From an uncultured Chloroflexia bacterium (GTDB taxonomy: Bacteria > Chloroflexota > Limnocylindria > Limnocylindrales > CSP1-4), in assembly GCA_963752475.1 (NCBI GenBank), contig CAVVYR010000008.1, forward strand, positions 1 through 64,000: a stretch of 64,000 nucleotides of DNA, in the 5' to 3' direction. This document shows, one piece after another, positions 8,844-18,393 of this stretch. The translations under genes and the position numbers were made by a program. The notes beneath the pieces are model-generated. The model ran no database searches and was not told the DNA's origin. It was given only the letters and a program-made list of their open reading frames with translations. Position 1 is the first letter of the stretch. Every line of letters starts with the position of its first letter.

Positions 8844-11455
8844 CCGCCAAGTCGGCCCAGCTCCTCGATGGCGCGACCGACCCGCGCTGTGATCTCACGT
8901 CCCGTGGCCTCCGGTCCGAACTGGAGCGGCGCACCGAAACGTACCGTGACGCTGGTGCGGCCACGGTGCCGCGGCAGACACGATCCCTTGGGCAGGATCT
9001 CGTGAGCGCCACGGATGTATGCCGGGATCACCGGTACACGAAGGCCCCGAGCCAGGAGTCCGATGCCCTCTCGCATGGGCAGGGCTTGCCCATCGGCCGA
9101 GCGGGTTCCCTCAGGAAAGATGATGACGCTGAAGCCGTCGTTGACCAAGTCCCCGACCCGCTCGAGCGACGCTCGTACGTCAGTCGAGCGTCCGAACGGG
9201 ATGGCCCCGAAGATCAGCTCGGAGGGCGGGCCGAGCGGGCTGCCGTCGAACCAGACATCGGCCGCGGCGGCGATAGCGCTACGGCCACGGAGCCGTGACG
9301 GCAGGGCCGCGCGCACGACCGGAGCATCGAGGTGGCTGGTGTGGTTGGGGCATACGAGCACGGGACCATCGAGCCCATCGAGATGCCCTCCGCCCTCGAC
9401 CACGGGTCCGGCAACGACACGGATGGCCCAACCCGCGAGGCTCGCGTCCAGGACCCGGCGCACGAGGCGCGCCGGCCGGCTGAAGGCCCAGCGCGACCAG
9501 GGCGGGGACGGAGGCTGCCCCTGGCGTTGCAGCACCAGCTCGTGAAGCTGCCCGATGTCGTGCATCTCGAGGATCTCGTCGTCCGAGAGGGCCGCCTCGA
9601 AGGCTTCGTCGATGCGCAGAGCGAGCGATACAGCCATCAGGGAATCGAGATCCAGCGACTCGATGGTGGTCGAAACGGAGATCTCCGGAGGCCGGCCGCC
9701 GCTCAATTCGGCAAGCACGGCTGCCACGAGCTGCCCAAGGCGGGCCACGCTAGCCTCAGCTCCGGCTGGTCTGGCGCGCTGGCCGATCTCGAGATCGCTC
9801 GCGGCGGGGGCCGTGTCAGCGCCAGGCGCGGCCATCCGGGTGAACCAGTCCCGCACCGGTCCGCGGCGGATCTTGTGGGTGTGGGTACGCGGGAAGTCCT
9901 CGTCAGGCCAGCGCCGCCAGGTCCCGACCCGCTGGTGTGATGCGAGGTTGCCGTTGGCGGCCCGCACGGCCGCCTCGAGGGTATCGTCGTCGGCGTCGCT
10001 CTCGACCGGCACGAGCGCCGCCGCGATCCGTCCAGGTGCCGACTCGAACACGACCGCGGCACGCACCACATCGGTCGCAAGCAGCGCGCTCTCCACGTCC
10101 TCGGGATAGACGTTTAGCCCGCTGGGCAGCGCGATGCGGTCACGGGTGCGTCCCAGGATCACGATCTCACCGGCATCGTCGATGCGCGCAGCGTCGCCGG
10201 TATGCAGCCAGCCATCAGCGTCGAGCACCTCGGCCGTGGCCTCCGGCGCGTCCCAGTAGCCGCTCATGACGCTGGGTCCTCTGACCAGCAGCTCGTTGTC
10301 GCGGGCGATGCGGACCTCCAGTCCGGGCAGTGGCGGGCCCACGGTCCCCGTCGTCCGGCTGTCACGCGTGTGACCCGTGATGGCCGGGCACTCCGTGGTG
10401 CCGTAGCCCTGGACGACGCGCACGCCGAACGTCTCCCAGGCCTCCTGCAGCTCCGGGTCGAGCCTGGCGCTCCCGCTGCCGATGACCGACAGCGCGCCAC
10501 CGAGCGGCTGCAACAGCGAACGGAAGAGCAGCCGACGCAATCGGATGGGCAGCCTGCGCGCGATGAGACGAGTTCGCTGCAGCTGCTTCTCGCGTCCGGT
10601 GCGTCTGGCCTCGGATTCGATGGCCTGGAGCCGCAGGCGGATCAGATGGGGCGTGAGCGTGAGCACCGTGATCCTCTCGCGCAGCATCGTGGCCCTGACG
10701 GCCTTGGGCATGAGGGAGTGCAGGAAGACCAGCGTCGAGCCACCGACGAGGCCCATCAGCAAGAGCAGGGTCTGGGCGTACATGTGCGACAGCGGGACGT
10801 GGCCCAGGGCGCGGTCCGGCTCGCTGCCCATGACGGTCTGCGCGAACATGCGCACGACGTGCACGATCTGGCCGTGGGTCAGCACGACGCCCTTTGGGTC
10901 GGAGGTCGTGCCGCTGGTGCAGATGACCTCGGCCACGTCGCCGGGCCGCACGTCGGGGAACGGCGGCGCCGGCTCCGAGCGGTCCTCGACCGGGTCCAGG
11001 CGCTGCTCGTCGAGGCTGAGGATGGGGACACCCAGGCGTTCCGCGGCATCGAGGTCGACACCATCGCCCGCGAGCAGGAGCCTCGGTTCGGTGCGCGCCC
11101 CGATGCGTACCGCCACGTCGGTCTGCATGTGCATGTCGAGCGGCACGATGGCGGCACCGAGCTTCCAGATCGCGAAGTAGGCCGCCACCAGCCAGGGATC
11201 GTTCTGCGACCAGGTGACGACGCGGTCGCCCGGCTCCACCCCGGCGCGCCGGAGCCGCTGCGCGACGCGGTCGCTCCGCTCGGAGACCTGCTGATAGGTC
11301 CAGCGTTCGTCGATCATGCCGCGCCGGATGACCAGGGCGACCGAGGATGGCGTGCGCCTCGCGGCCAGGTCGAGCAGCTCCACGAGGGTCTCGCCGGTCC
11401 AGGCCTTGACTCGGGGCTCGAGCGGGGGACCGCTTACCGTTGTACGCCTGGACAT
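8840..11455 (-). CDS. Multidomain long-chain acyl-adenylate ligase + acyl carrier domain + lysophospholipid acyltransferase
   Basis: AMP-binding TSGTTSDPKG, GYGTTE, HTGD and PRTHTHK; ACP motif LDLDSL; acyltransferase NHTSHLD and FPEGTRS. Confidence 0.88.
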   Translation of the reverse strand: MSRRTTVSGPPLEPRVKAWTGETLVELLDLAARRTPSSVALVIRRGMIDERWTYQQVSERSDRVAQRLRRAGVEPGDRVVTWSQNDPWLVAAYFAIWKLGAAIVPLDMHMQTDVAVRIGARTEPRLLLAGDGVDLDAAERLGVPILSLDEQRLDPVEDRSEPAPPFPDVRPGDVAEVICTSGTTSDPKGVVLTHGQIVHVVRMFAQTVMGSEPDRALGHVPLSHMYAQTLLLLMGLVGGSTLVFLHSLMPKAVRATMLRERITVLTLTPHLIRLRLQAIESEARRTGREKQLQRTRLIARRLPIRLRRLLFRSLLQPLGGALSVIGSGSARLDPELQEAWETFGVRVVQGYGTTECPAITGHTRDSRTTGTVGPPLPGLEVRIARDNELLVRGPSVMSGYWDAPEATAEVLDADGWLHTGDAARIDDAGEIVILGRTRDRIALPSGLNVYPEDVESALLATDVVRAAVVFESAPGRIAAALVPVESDADDDTLEAAVRAANGNLASHQRVGTWRRWPDEDFPRTHTHKIRRGPVRDWFTRMAAPGADTAPAASDLEIGQRARPAGAEASVARLGQLVAAVLAELSGGRPPEISVSTTIESLDLDSLMAVSLALRIDEAFEAALSDDEILEMHDIGQLHELVLQRQGQPPSPPWSRWAFSRPARLVRRVLDASLAGWAIRVVAGPVVEGGGHLDGLDGPVLVCPNHTSHLDAPVVRAALPSRLRGRSAIAAAADVWFDGSPLGPPSELIFGAIPFGRSTDVRASLERVGDLVNDGFSVIIFPEGTRSADGQALPMREGIGLLARGLRVPVIPAYIRGAHEILPKGSCLPRHRGRTSVTVRFGAPLQFGPEATGREITARVGRAIEELGRLGG

Positions 11456-11474
11456 GGAGTCGCCTCCGATCTGC

Positions 11475-13334
11475 TCATGCGGGCGGGCCCTGGGACCTCG
11501 TGACGCCTGGTCCCGAGACAAGCTGGATCCGGCCTGAGATCCGGAAGCGGATGCACTCGGCAGCCGCCATCGCCAGCCCATCGACATTGGCTGGTTGCGC
11601 TACCGGCTTGCGCCCTGCAGGCGACGGGACCGACCGCACTGTGAGCACACGCACGTCGCGCACGATGGCGGCGTGCTGGTCGGGCGATTCGAGGATGGCG
11701 CCGCTACGTGCCGCTGCCAGCTGTCGCAGCGCCTGCAGTGGCCCTCGGTCGGCCAGCGCGACCACCCGGAAGACGCCGTTTCCGAACTGCGAGCCTCGGC
11801 CCAACGGGAAGGCCTGGCCCAGGTCGCCGCCGACGACGATGACGGCAGCCCACCGCCGGGGAGCCATGATGTCGCCGTCCATGTCGAGGCGTAGCTCCGG
11901 AACACGACCTCGAGCCCGCTGGACGTACCACCAGGCAGTGGCCAGCGAGAGCCCCACGTAGAAGGGGCCGTAATCGCCGAAGAGCGTACCCAGGACCCCC
12001 TTGTACAGCTTCACCCAGCGAGCTTCGGTGAAGATGGGTACAGCGCCGAAGATCCCCAGACCGCCGAAGCCGATGAGGTGACGCACCACTGGCTGCCCAC
12101 TGGGGCCCGATGACTCGACGGCGATGACGTCGGCGGCCACGGACCGGTCGTGCTCCAGTCCATCCACGATGGCCGAAACCGCGGGGCCCAGCTCGTCAGG
12201 GATGCGCAGCATCTTGCCGATGAGGTCAGCCGAGCCCTTGCGCAGGAAGGCCAGGCGCATGCCTTCCGGCAATCCGGCGTCCAGGTGACAGCCCTCGAGG
12301 ACCGCGTTGAAGGTGCCGGCGCCTCCAGCCGAGACGATGGTGCGGGCACCTTGGCCAACGAGGTTCCGGGTCACGTCGCGGGCCTCGCGGTGGCTGTCCA
12401 CGGCATACGAGTTGGTCGGCTGCCGGGTTCGGACCTTGAACGACGGCCCGATGCGGCCGATCTTGCGCTGATCCTTGAGCGACCCCGAGATGGTCGTGGC
12501 CACGACCTCGATCGGGGCACCTGCCGGGTCTCCGACCGATGGAGCGGGCGGTCCCGACAAGGCCGCCAGCGCGATCTCGGCAACGAGCCGCGCGACCTCC
12601 TCCTGGGGCACCCGGTCGGCTGCGATGCGCACGACGCGCACCACTCGTCGCGACTCTAGGAGCGCGCAGATCCGCTCGTAGCCGGCGTCAAGGGCCGTGA
12701 GCGCAGCCTCGGTCTCGTGGCCCTGGAGCGACCGCCCGCGGGCTCGGATGCGCTCCATGGCCGTCGCCCCATCAAGGCTCAGCAGGACCACCAGGTCCGG
12801 GCAGGCGAAGCGCGCCAGGCCAAGCCGGTTGACGAGCACCAGGGGCAGGCTGTGGCGCAGGTAGTAGGACATCCGCCGGCGCGGGATGCGCCTTGCCCCC
12901 GAGAGGTAGTCGATGGTCTCGAGCACGAGGTCGTCGTCTCGGTCGAGCTGGTCGCGGTGGAGTCGCCCCACGGACCAGGCCATCGTGTTGACGAGCGGAT
13001 CGCCGTCGGTCAGGAGCACGCTCGGCATCTCCTCACCGACGACGTGGTCGCGCATGCGCGAGCGCCCGATAAGGTCGAGCGTCTTGAGCTGCCGGTAGGC
13101 CCAGGCCAGACGCGTCCGCTTCGCCGTGCCGGTCACCTGTTGCGTCAGCCGGGCGAACGGCAAGTCGCGTCGCCGATGCAGGGGAACGCCGGGAGCGCCG
13201 GCAACGACCTCGTCACCGATGCCGACCACATCGGACTGCGAGGCAAGCGCCCCCAGCGCGCCCCGCCAAGCCGAACTCTTGCCGCAGCCATCGATGCCAA
13301 CGATGGCCACGACCACCGTGCCGCTGGCGTTCAT
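11475..13334 (-). CDS. Thymidylate-kinase-like domain fused to a diacylglycerol-kinase-like domain
   Basis: N-half: P-loop GIDGCGKSS and PDLVVLL...ERIRARGR. C-half: VSAGGAGTFNAV, LAFLRKGSAD and ANVDG (degenerate DAGK motifs). Confidence 0.7.
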   Translation of the reverse strand: MNASGTVVVAIVGIDGCGKSSAWRGALGALASQSDVVGIGDEVVAGAPGVPLHRRRDLPFARLTQQVTGTAKRTRLAWAYRQLKTLDLIGRSRMRDHVVGEEMPSVLLTDGDPLVNTMAWSVGRLHRDQLDRDDDLVLETIDYLSGARRIPRRRMSYYLRHSLPLVLVNRLGLARFACPDLVVLLSLDGATAMERIRARGRSLQGHETEAALTALDAGYERICALLESRRVVRVVRIAADRVPQEEVARLVAEIALAALSGPPAPSVGDPAGAPIEVVATTISGSLKDQRKIGRIGPSFKVRTRQPTNSYAVDSHREARDVTRNLVGQGARTIVSAGGAGTFNAVLEGCHLDAGLPEGMRLAFLRKGSADLIGKMLRIPDELGPAVSAIVDGLEHDRSVAADVIAVESSGPSGQPVVRHLIGFGGLGIFGAVPIFTEARWVKLYKGVLGTLFGDYGPFYVGLSLATAWWYVQRARGRVPELRLDMDGDIMAPRRWAAVIVVGGDLGQAFPLGRGSQFGNGVFRVVALADRGPLQALRQLAAARSGAILESPDQHAAIVRDVRVLTVRSVPSPAGRKPVAQPANVDGLAMAAAECIRFRISGRIQLVSGPGVTRSQGPPA

Positions 13335-13455
13335 GGCCCCCCTAGCGAGTCGATTCTGCTGGCAGAGCGATGTGCGTCAAGAGCGCATCGGCCCCATCGG
13401 GCACCCGCAGCGTGAACGGCGCTAAGGTGGCTCCAGACCGAGATGAGGAGAGACT

Positions 13456-14109
13456 TTGATCCAGGCGGTGATCTTCGACATGGACGGCCTGCTGGTCGAT
13501 TCCGAGCCGGTATGGGACAAGGCGCGCAAGGCCATGGCCGACGTCGCCGGCAAGCCCTGGGGCACGCTCGACCACGACGCGGTCATGGGAGTCAGCACCG
13601 ACGAGTGGGCTGAATACATGATCGAGCGGCTCGAGCTGACGATGACCCGGCAGGAGGTCGTCGACGAGGTCATCGGGCGTATGACCGAGGTGTATCGCGA
13701 GGGCGTGCCCTACCTGCCCGGAGCCATCGAGCTGATCGACCTGGTCGCAGCCAGGTTCCGCACGGGCCTCGCCTCGGGCGCCCATCCCGCGCTCATCGAC
13801 ATCGTCACCGCCGACTCGCCGATGCAGGGCAAGTTCGAGATCATCGTCGCGGCCGACGAGGTCGGGGTCGGGAAGCCGGCTCCTGACGTCTACCTCGAAG
13901 CCGCCCGACGCCTGGGCGTCGACCCGGTTGACTGCGTCTGTCTGGAGGACTCGGGTAACGGCATCCTCTCGGGTATCGCGGCCGGCATGAAGGTCATCGC
14001 TGTGCCCGACCCCCGCTTCCCGCCGGCGGCCGAGAAGCTCGAGCGGGCCGACCTCGTGGTCGGATCACTGACAGAGCTGACGCCGGAGCACATCTCCGAG
14101 CTCGGCTAG
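13456..14109 (+). CDS. HAD-IA family phosphatase
   Basis: FDMDGLLVDSE, GKPAPDVY and LEDS motifs; TTG start after GAGGAG. Confidence 0.88.
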   Translation: MIQAVIFDMDGLLVDSEPVWDKARKAMADVAGKPWGTLDHDAVMGVSTDEWAEYMIERLELTMTRQEVVDEVIGRMTEVYREGVPYLPGAIELIDLVAARFRTGLASGAHPALIDIVTADSPMQGKFEIIVAADEVGVGKPAPDVYLEAARRLGVDPVDCVCLEDSGNGILSGIAAGMKVIAVPDPRFPPAAEKLERADLVVGSLTELTPEHISELG

Positions 14110-14123
14110 GGACGACGACCGGC

Positions 14124-14951
14124 TCAGTCCTGCATCCAGGGCCGTTCATCGCTGGGCGGGTCCCAGCTATCGACCGGCGCTTGCAGGGGGTCATCGATCC
14201 AGCAGAACAGGCCGTTGGTCTCAGCCCCGGCGTCGGAGGTCAGGCGTAGCACGAGGTCGACAGCCTTCCCCGGCGGATCACCGCCGGTCTCCTCCACCCA
14301 TGCCGCCCACGAGATGTAGTTCTCGCCGGCCGGTCCCGTGTCGGCGACGCGCTCCTTGATGTCCGCCCACATCTCCGTCTTGACATCACCCGGATGGATG
14401 ACGTTGGCGGTGACGCCGGTCCCGGCGATCTCTGCGGCCAGGTGCCGGGTCATCTGGTTGAGTGCGGCCTTGGCGGTGCCGTAGGCGCTGTTCAACGGCC
14501 CGGGCGGGTGGAGCGAGGCGGCCGAGGTGATGTTGACGATCCGTCCCCAGCCGTCATCGAGCATGCCGCTCAGGAACGCCCGGGTCATGAACAACGGAGC
14601 GACCGCATCGACCATGATCGTTCGCTGCCACTCGAGAGGGTCGACATCGCGGATGAGGGCGATGGGCCCGAAGATCCCGGCCGCGTTGACGAGGATCGAC
14701 ACGCGGCCCAGGCGCGCTTCGACATCGGCCGCCATGCGCTCGACGGCCGCAGCATCGGACACGTCGCACCGGATCGCGATGATCTGGCCCTTGGCCGAGG
14801 AGCCGAGCGCGACGGTCTCCTCAAGCTGCTCCTGTCCGCGCGCCACCACCGCGACCCTGGCGCCGGCGCCCGCCAGCCCGAGGGCGATGGCACGGCCCAG
14901 CCCACGGCCACCTCCGGTGACGACCGCGACGCGGCCTTCCTGATCAGCCAT
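14124..14951 (-). CDS. Short-chain dehydrogenase/reductase
   Basis: TGGGRGLG, NAAG, YGTAK and HPG motifs; start MADQEG after GGAGG. Confidence 0.9.
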   Translation of the reverse strand: MADQEGRVAVVTGGGRGLGRAIALGLAGAGARVAVVARGQEQLEETVALGSSAKGQIIAIRCDVSDAAAVERMAADVEARLGRVSILVNAAGIFGPIALIRDVDPLEWQRTIMVDAVAPLFMTRAFLSGMLDDGWGRIVNITSAASLHPPGPLNSAYGTAKAALNQMTRHLAAEIAGTGVTANVIHPGDVKTEMWADIKERVADTGPAGENYISWAAWVEETGGDPPGKAVDLVLRLTSDAGAETNGLFCWIDDPLQAPVDSWDPPSDERPWMQD

Positions 14952-15117
14952 CGCTAGCCTCCGGTGCTTCGACGTTCCTGACCATCCAAGGATGCACCCT
15001 CCGCTCGTCGGGTGGTGCGACGCAGGTGCCGGAGCGGCGTGCCGGTGGCGGGGCCGCTGGTGCACACTGGAGGCCACGTCCCCGGGAGCCTGCTCGCCGG
15101 GACAGAGGAGGTGCGAT

Positions 15118-16380
15118 ATGACCACGACCAACCCAAACGGTGCCTACGAGGCGGTCGGCTTCTCGACCGCTGCCGCCGAGCGAGCCCTCGATGCGGGAGG
15201 TGGGATCGTCCGCCTCGCACCCGCATGGGTGCCGCGCGAATTCTGCACGCCCGGCCGTCGCGTTCGCCTGCACCCTGACGACTACTACCCCTTCGGCAAG
15301 GACCGCGGTGGCGTCGACGAGCGCTGGTTCTCCTCAGCCATCCGTGCCGACAACGGTCCGCTGACCGGACCCTTCGAGGGCCTCAGCCTGGTGGTCGACC
15401 CCGACGGTGGCCCGCTTCTGCCCTTCGATGAGTTCGTGGCCCACCATGGAGCCGGACTGATCGGCGCGCGTCTGTGGGACGAGTTCGGCAAGTGGCCCAT
15501 GTACTCCAAGTTCTTCGACAACCAGCAGGCCCTGCCCTTCCACTTCCACCATCGCGACGAAGACGCAGCCAGGGTCGGCAAGCTGGGCAAGCCAGAGGCG
15601 TACTACTTCTCGCCACACATGAACAACCACCTCGGTGATCAGCCGATCTCGTTCTTCGGCTTCCAGCCCGATGTCACGCGCGAGCAGTTCCGCGAGCGGC
15701 TGGCACGTTTCGCGGAGGGCGGCGACAACCGTGTCACGGACCTCTCGCATGGCTACCGCATCCAGCTCGGGACCGGCTTCGACGTACCCGTGGGCGTGCT
15801 GCACGCTCCCGCGAGCATCTGCACCTACGAGCCGCAGGCGGCGTCAGACGTGTTCGTCATGTGCGAGTCGTGGAGCAACAACCGCGAGGTCCCGGCGGGC
15901 CTCATGTGGAAGGACGTACCCGAGGAGAGCATCGGCGACTTCGACTACATCATCGATCTGCTCGACTGGGACGCCAACGCCGATCCCAGCTTCGGGGTCA
16001 ACCGGTTCATGGCGCCCTACGAGACCCGACGCTCACGCGAAGCCGGCGACGGCATGATCGAGCGCTGGGTCGTCTACAAGTCCGTGGCCGCCAGCGGCAG
16101 CGAACTCACCGTCAGGCCTGGTGCCACGGTGACCGTGACCGATTCCGATGCCTACGGCCTGATCGTGGTCCAGGGCTACGGCTCCATCGGCTCACACGAC
16201 ATCGAGGCAGCCACGTGCATCCGCTTCGGCGAGCTCTCGAACGACGAGTTCTACGTCTCGGCGGAGGCGGCCCGAGCCGGCGTCACGGTCGTGAACCGCA
16301 GCTCGGCGCAGGACCTCGTGGTGCTCAAGCACTACGGCCCCGGCAACGAGGACCTCGCCTCGGACCCGGCGCCGCGGTAG
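15118..16380 (+). CDS. Mannose-6-phosphate isomerase (class I)-like cupin protein
   Basis: KFFD...LPFHFH, GKPEAYYF, VPVGVLHA and YEPQAASD align by eye with ManA-type Zn motifs; AGAGGAGG RBS. Confidence 0.65.
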   Translation: MTTTNPNGAYEAVGFSTAAAERALDAGGGIVRLAPAWVPREFCTPGRRVRLHPDDYYPFGKDRGGVDERWFSSAIRADNGPLTGPFEGLSLVVDPDGGPLLPFDEFVAHHGAGLIGARLWDEFGKWPMYSKFFDNQQALPFHFHHRDEDAARVGKLGKPEAYYFSPHMNNHLGDQPISFFGFQPDVTREQFRERLARFAEGGDNRVTDLSHGYRIQLGTGFDVPVGVLHAPASICTYEPQAASDVFVMCESWSNNREVPAGLMWKDVPEESIGDFDYIIDLLDWDANADPSFGVNRFMAPYETRRSREAGDGMIERWVVYKSVAASGSELTVRPGATVTVTDSDAYGLIVVQGYGSIGSHDIEAATCIRFGELSNDEFYVSAEAARAGVTVVNRSSAQDLVVLKHYGPGNEDLASDPAPR

Positions 16381-16399
16381 GCGCTCGAGGTAGCTGGAC

Positions 16400-16451
16400 C
16401 GGGGCCGTCGGCCATGTGCTCGATGGCCCCGACGTGCTCGATGGCCCCGAT
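16400..16451. repeat. 18-bp tandem duplication that also forms a hairpin
   Basis: GTGCTCGATGGCCCCGA(C/T) at 16416-16433 and 16434-16451; upstream CGGGGCCGTCG can pair with either copy. Confidence 0.7.
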
Positions 16452-16498
16452 GCACCCGATGAGCAGCCGCACATGTGCCGGGCCGTGATCCTCGACCG

Positions 16499-17107
16499 AT
16501 GACGACTGGCAGCCGGGGCTCCGGCCCGCGCCCGCTCGTGGGCATCCTGCTCTTCGACGATGTCGAGGTGCTCGACTTCGCCGGCCCCTACGAGGTCTGC
16601 AGCGGCACGCGCGATCCGGCGGGCAACCCCTACGTGAACGTGGTCACGGTCGGTCCGGCGCCGGAGGTGCATTGCCGCGGCGGGTTGCGGGTGCGGCCGG
16701 ATCACGGCTTCGATGACTGCCCACCGCTCGATGCGCTCGTCGTGCCCGGCGGCCCAGGAGCCGATGACCGGACACCGCTCCAGGATGCCCTCATCCTGCC
16801 CTTCCTCCGTCAGCGAGCCGAGTCCACCGCGACGGTGGCTTCGGTCTGCACGGGGGCCTTCCTCCTCGGTCGGGCGGGCCTGCTCGACGGTCGTCACGCC
16901 ACCACCCACACCGCCGCCCTCGGTGCGCTGCGCCGTGAGTTCCCTGACGTCGAGGTGGTGGCGGAGAAGGTCGTCGACGAGGGCTCCGTCCTGACCGCGG
17001 CCGGGGTCAGCTCAGGCATCGACCTGGCGCTGCACCTATTCGAACGCTGGTTCGGCCCCGAGGCACGGGCACGGGCGGCGACGGGCCTCGACGGGCCCTG
17101 GCGCTAG
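16499..17107 (+). CDS. DJ-1/PfpI family protein
   Basis: EVLDFAGPYEV, VVPGG, SVCTGA, ATTH and TAAGVSSGID motifs. Confidence 0.9.
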   Translation: MTTGSRGSGPRPLVGILLFDDVEVLDFAGPYEVCSGTRDPAGNPYVNVVTVGPAPEVHCRGGLRVRPDHGFDDCPPLDALVVPGGPGADDRTPLQDALILPFLRQRAESTATVASVCTGAFLLGRAGLLDGRHATTHTAALGALRREFPDVEVVAEKVVDEGSVLTAAGVSSGIDLALHLFERWFGPEARARAATGLDGPWR

Positions 17108-17170
17108 GAACGTGGTGGGCGCCGGCGTGGGATGAACGCACCGCGTCGTCTCGGCCGACGCTACAGCCCC

Positions 17171-17510
17171 GTTGTGGACACCCGTCGCCGGGGTCGACGT
17201 TGCGGGGCGTTGTGGACACCCGTCGCCGGGGTCGACGTTGCGGGGCTTTCATAGCCATCACGACCGAGGCATCCATCCGTGCCCACGCTGCGAATCGCCC
17301 TCATCCGTGGTGCGATGGGGTCACTCGTCGCTGGGGGCGACGCAAGTCCAACAAGCAGCAGCAGCCTCTTGGACTACGGTCGACACGGGCGACACATGTC
17401 CACAACGACGGTCGTCCCGAGGCGATACCGTCGCCCCCATCGACACCTGACCACATCGAGACCGGCCCCGCGCGGTAGCGTCGATGGCGGCGACGTATGT
17501 CCACCGGTCC
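17171..17510. repeat. Intergenic REP/BIME-like repeat cluster
   Basis: Perfect 38-bp tandem repeat (17171-17208, 17209-17246) plus degenerate inverted copies near 17374-17407 and 17477-17505. Confidence 0.75.
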
Positions 17511-17641
17511 GCTTCGGAGCCTATGCCGTTCTCACTTTCCCAGCGATCTCAGGACGCCACCGGGGGTGTCTGCGAGCGGACGCGCCGCCCGAGGTGTCGC
17601 CTCACTCGGGGACAGGACAGGGTGGCGCCCGACCGCGGCCG

Positions 17642-18391
17642 TCAGTCGATACGCTCGATGGCCCCGGTGATCAGCCCGGTCACATCCTCGGGCGTGATCT
17701 CGGCGATGGGCTTGTCTGCGACCTTCTCACCGCGCCGCAGCACGGCCACCCGGTCGCTGACACTGAAGACATCCGGCATGCGGTGAGAGATGAGGATGAC
17801 CGCGTGCCCCGAGTCCTTGAGATGGCGGATCATGTCCAGCACCTCGGCCACCTGGCGCACGCTGATGGCAGCGGTGGGCTCATCCATGAGCACGATCTTG
17901 GGATCGGACAGGCGTGTCCGCGCGATGGCTACGGCCTGTCGCTGGCCGCCGGACATCATCTGGACAAGATCGCCGGGGCGCGTCTCCGACTTCAGCTCGC
18001 CGAAGAGCTCGCCGGCGCGACGCTGCATGGCACGACGGTCGAGGATCCTGAACGGACCCCAGCCGCGCGTCAGCTCACGTCCCATGAAGACGTTGAGCGC
18101 CGCGGTCAGGTTGTCGCAAAGCGCCAGATCCTGGTAGACGATCTCGATACCGTGACGCCGAGCGTCCGCCGGCGAGTGGAAGCGCACATCCTCGCCATCA
18201 AGCACGATCGTGCCCGCGGATGGCGGGAAGTTGCCGGCGATGATCTTGACCAGCGTGGACTTGCCAGCGCCGTTGTCACCCATCAATCCCAGGACCTCGC
18301 CGGACGAGAGCGCCAAGTCCACATCATTGAGCGCCACGATGGCGCCGAAGTGCTGCGAGATGCCGCGCAGGTCGAGGATACGGTCGGCCAT
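17642..18391 (-). CDS. Sugar ABC transporter ATP-binding protein (single domain)
   Basis: GDNGAGKST, VYQDLAL, MSGGQRQ, LMDEPT and ISH motifs; start MADRIL. Confidence 0.92.
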   Translation of the reverse strand: MADRILDLRGISQHFGAIVALNDVDLALSSGEVLGLMGDNGAGKSTLVKIIAGNFPPSAGTIVLDGEDVRFHSPADARRHGIEIVYQDLALCDNLTAALNVFMGRELTRGWGPFRILDRRAMQRRAGELFGELKSETRPGDLVQMMSGGQRQAVAIARTRLSDPKIVLMDEPTAAISVRQVAEVLDMIRHLKDSGHAVILISHRMPDVFSVSDRVAVLRRGEKVADKPIAEITPEDVTGLITGAIERID

Positions 18392-18393
18392 GG

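Noticed and set aside
8840-11455. Adenylation plus carrier domains as an NRPS/PKS cluster
   Set aside because: There is no condensation, ketosynthase or thioesterase domain; the terminal domain is a glycerolipid-type acyltransferase.
17171-17246. 38-bp repeats as a CRISPR array
   Set aside because: The copies are directly adjacent with no spacer, there are only two perfect units, and no cas genes are present.
17172-17505. TGTCCACA/TGTGGACA cores as DnaA boxes (oriC)
   Set aside because: Each has a mismatch to TT(A/G)TCCACA and sits inside a longer repeat unit; there is no AT-rich unwinding region and no dnaA/dnaN nearby.
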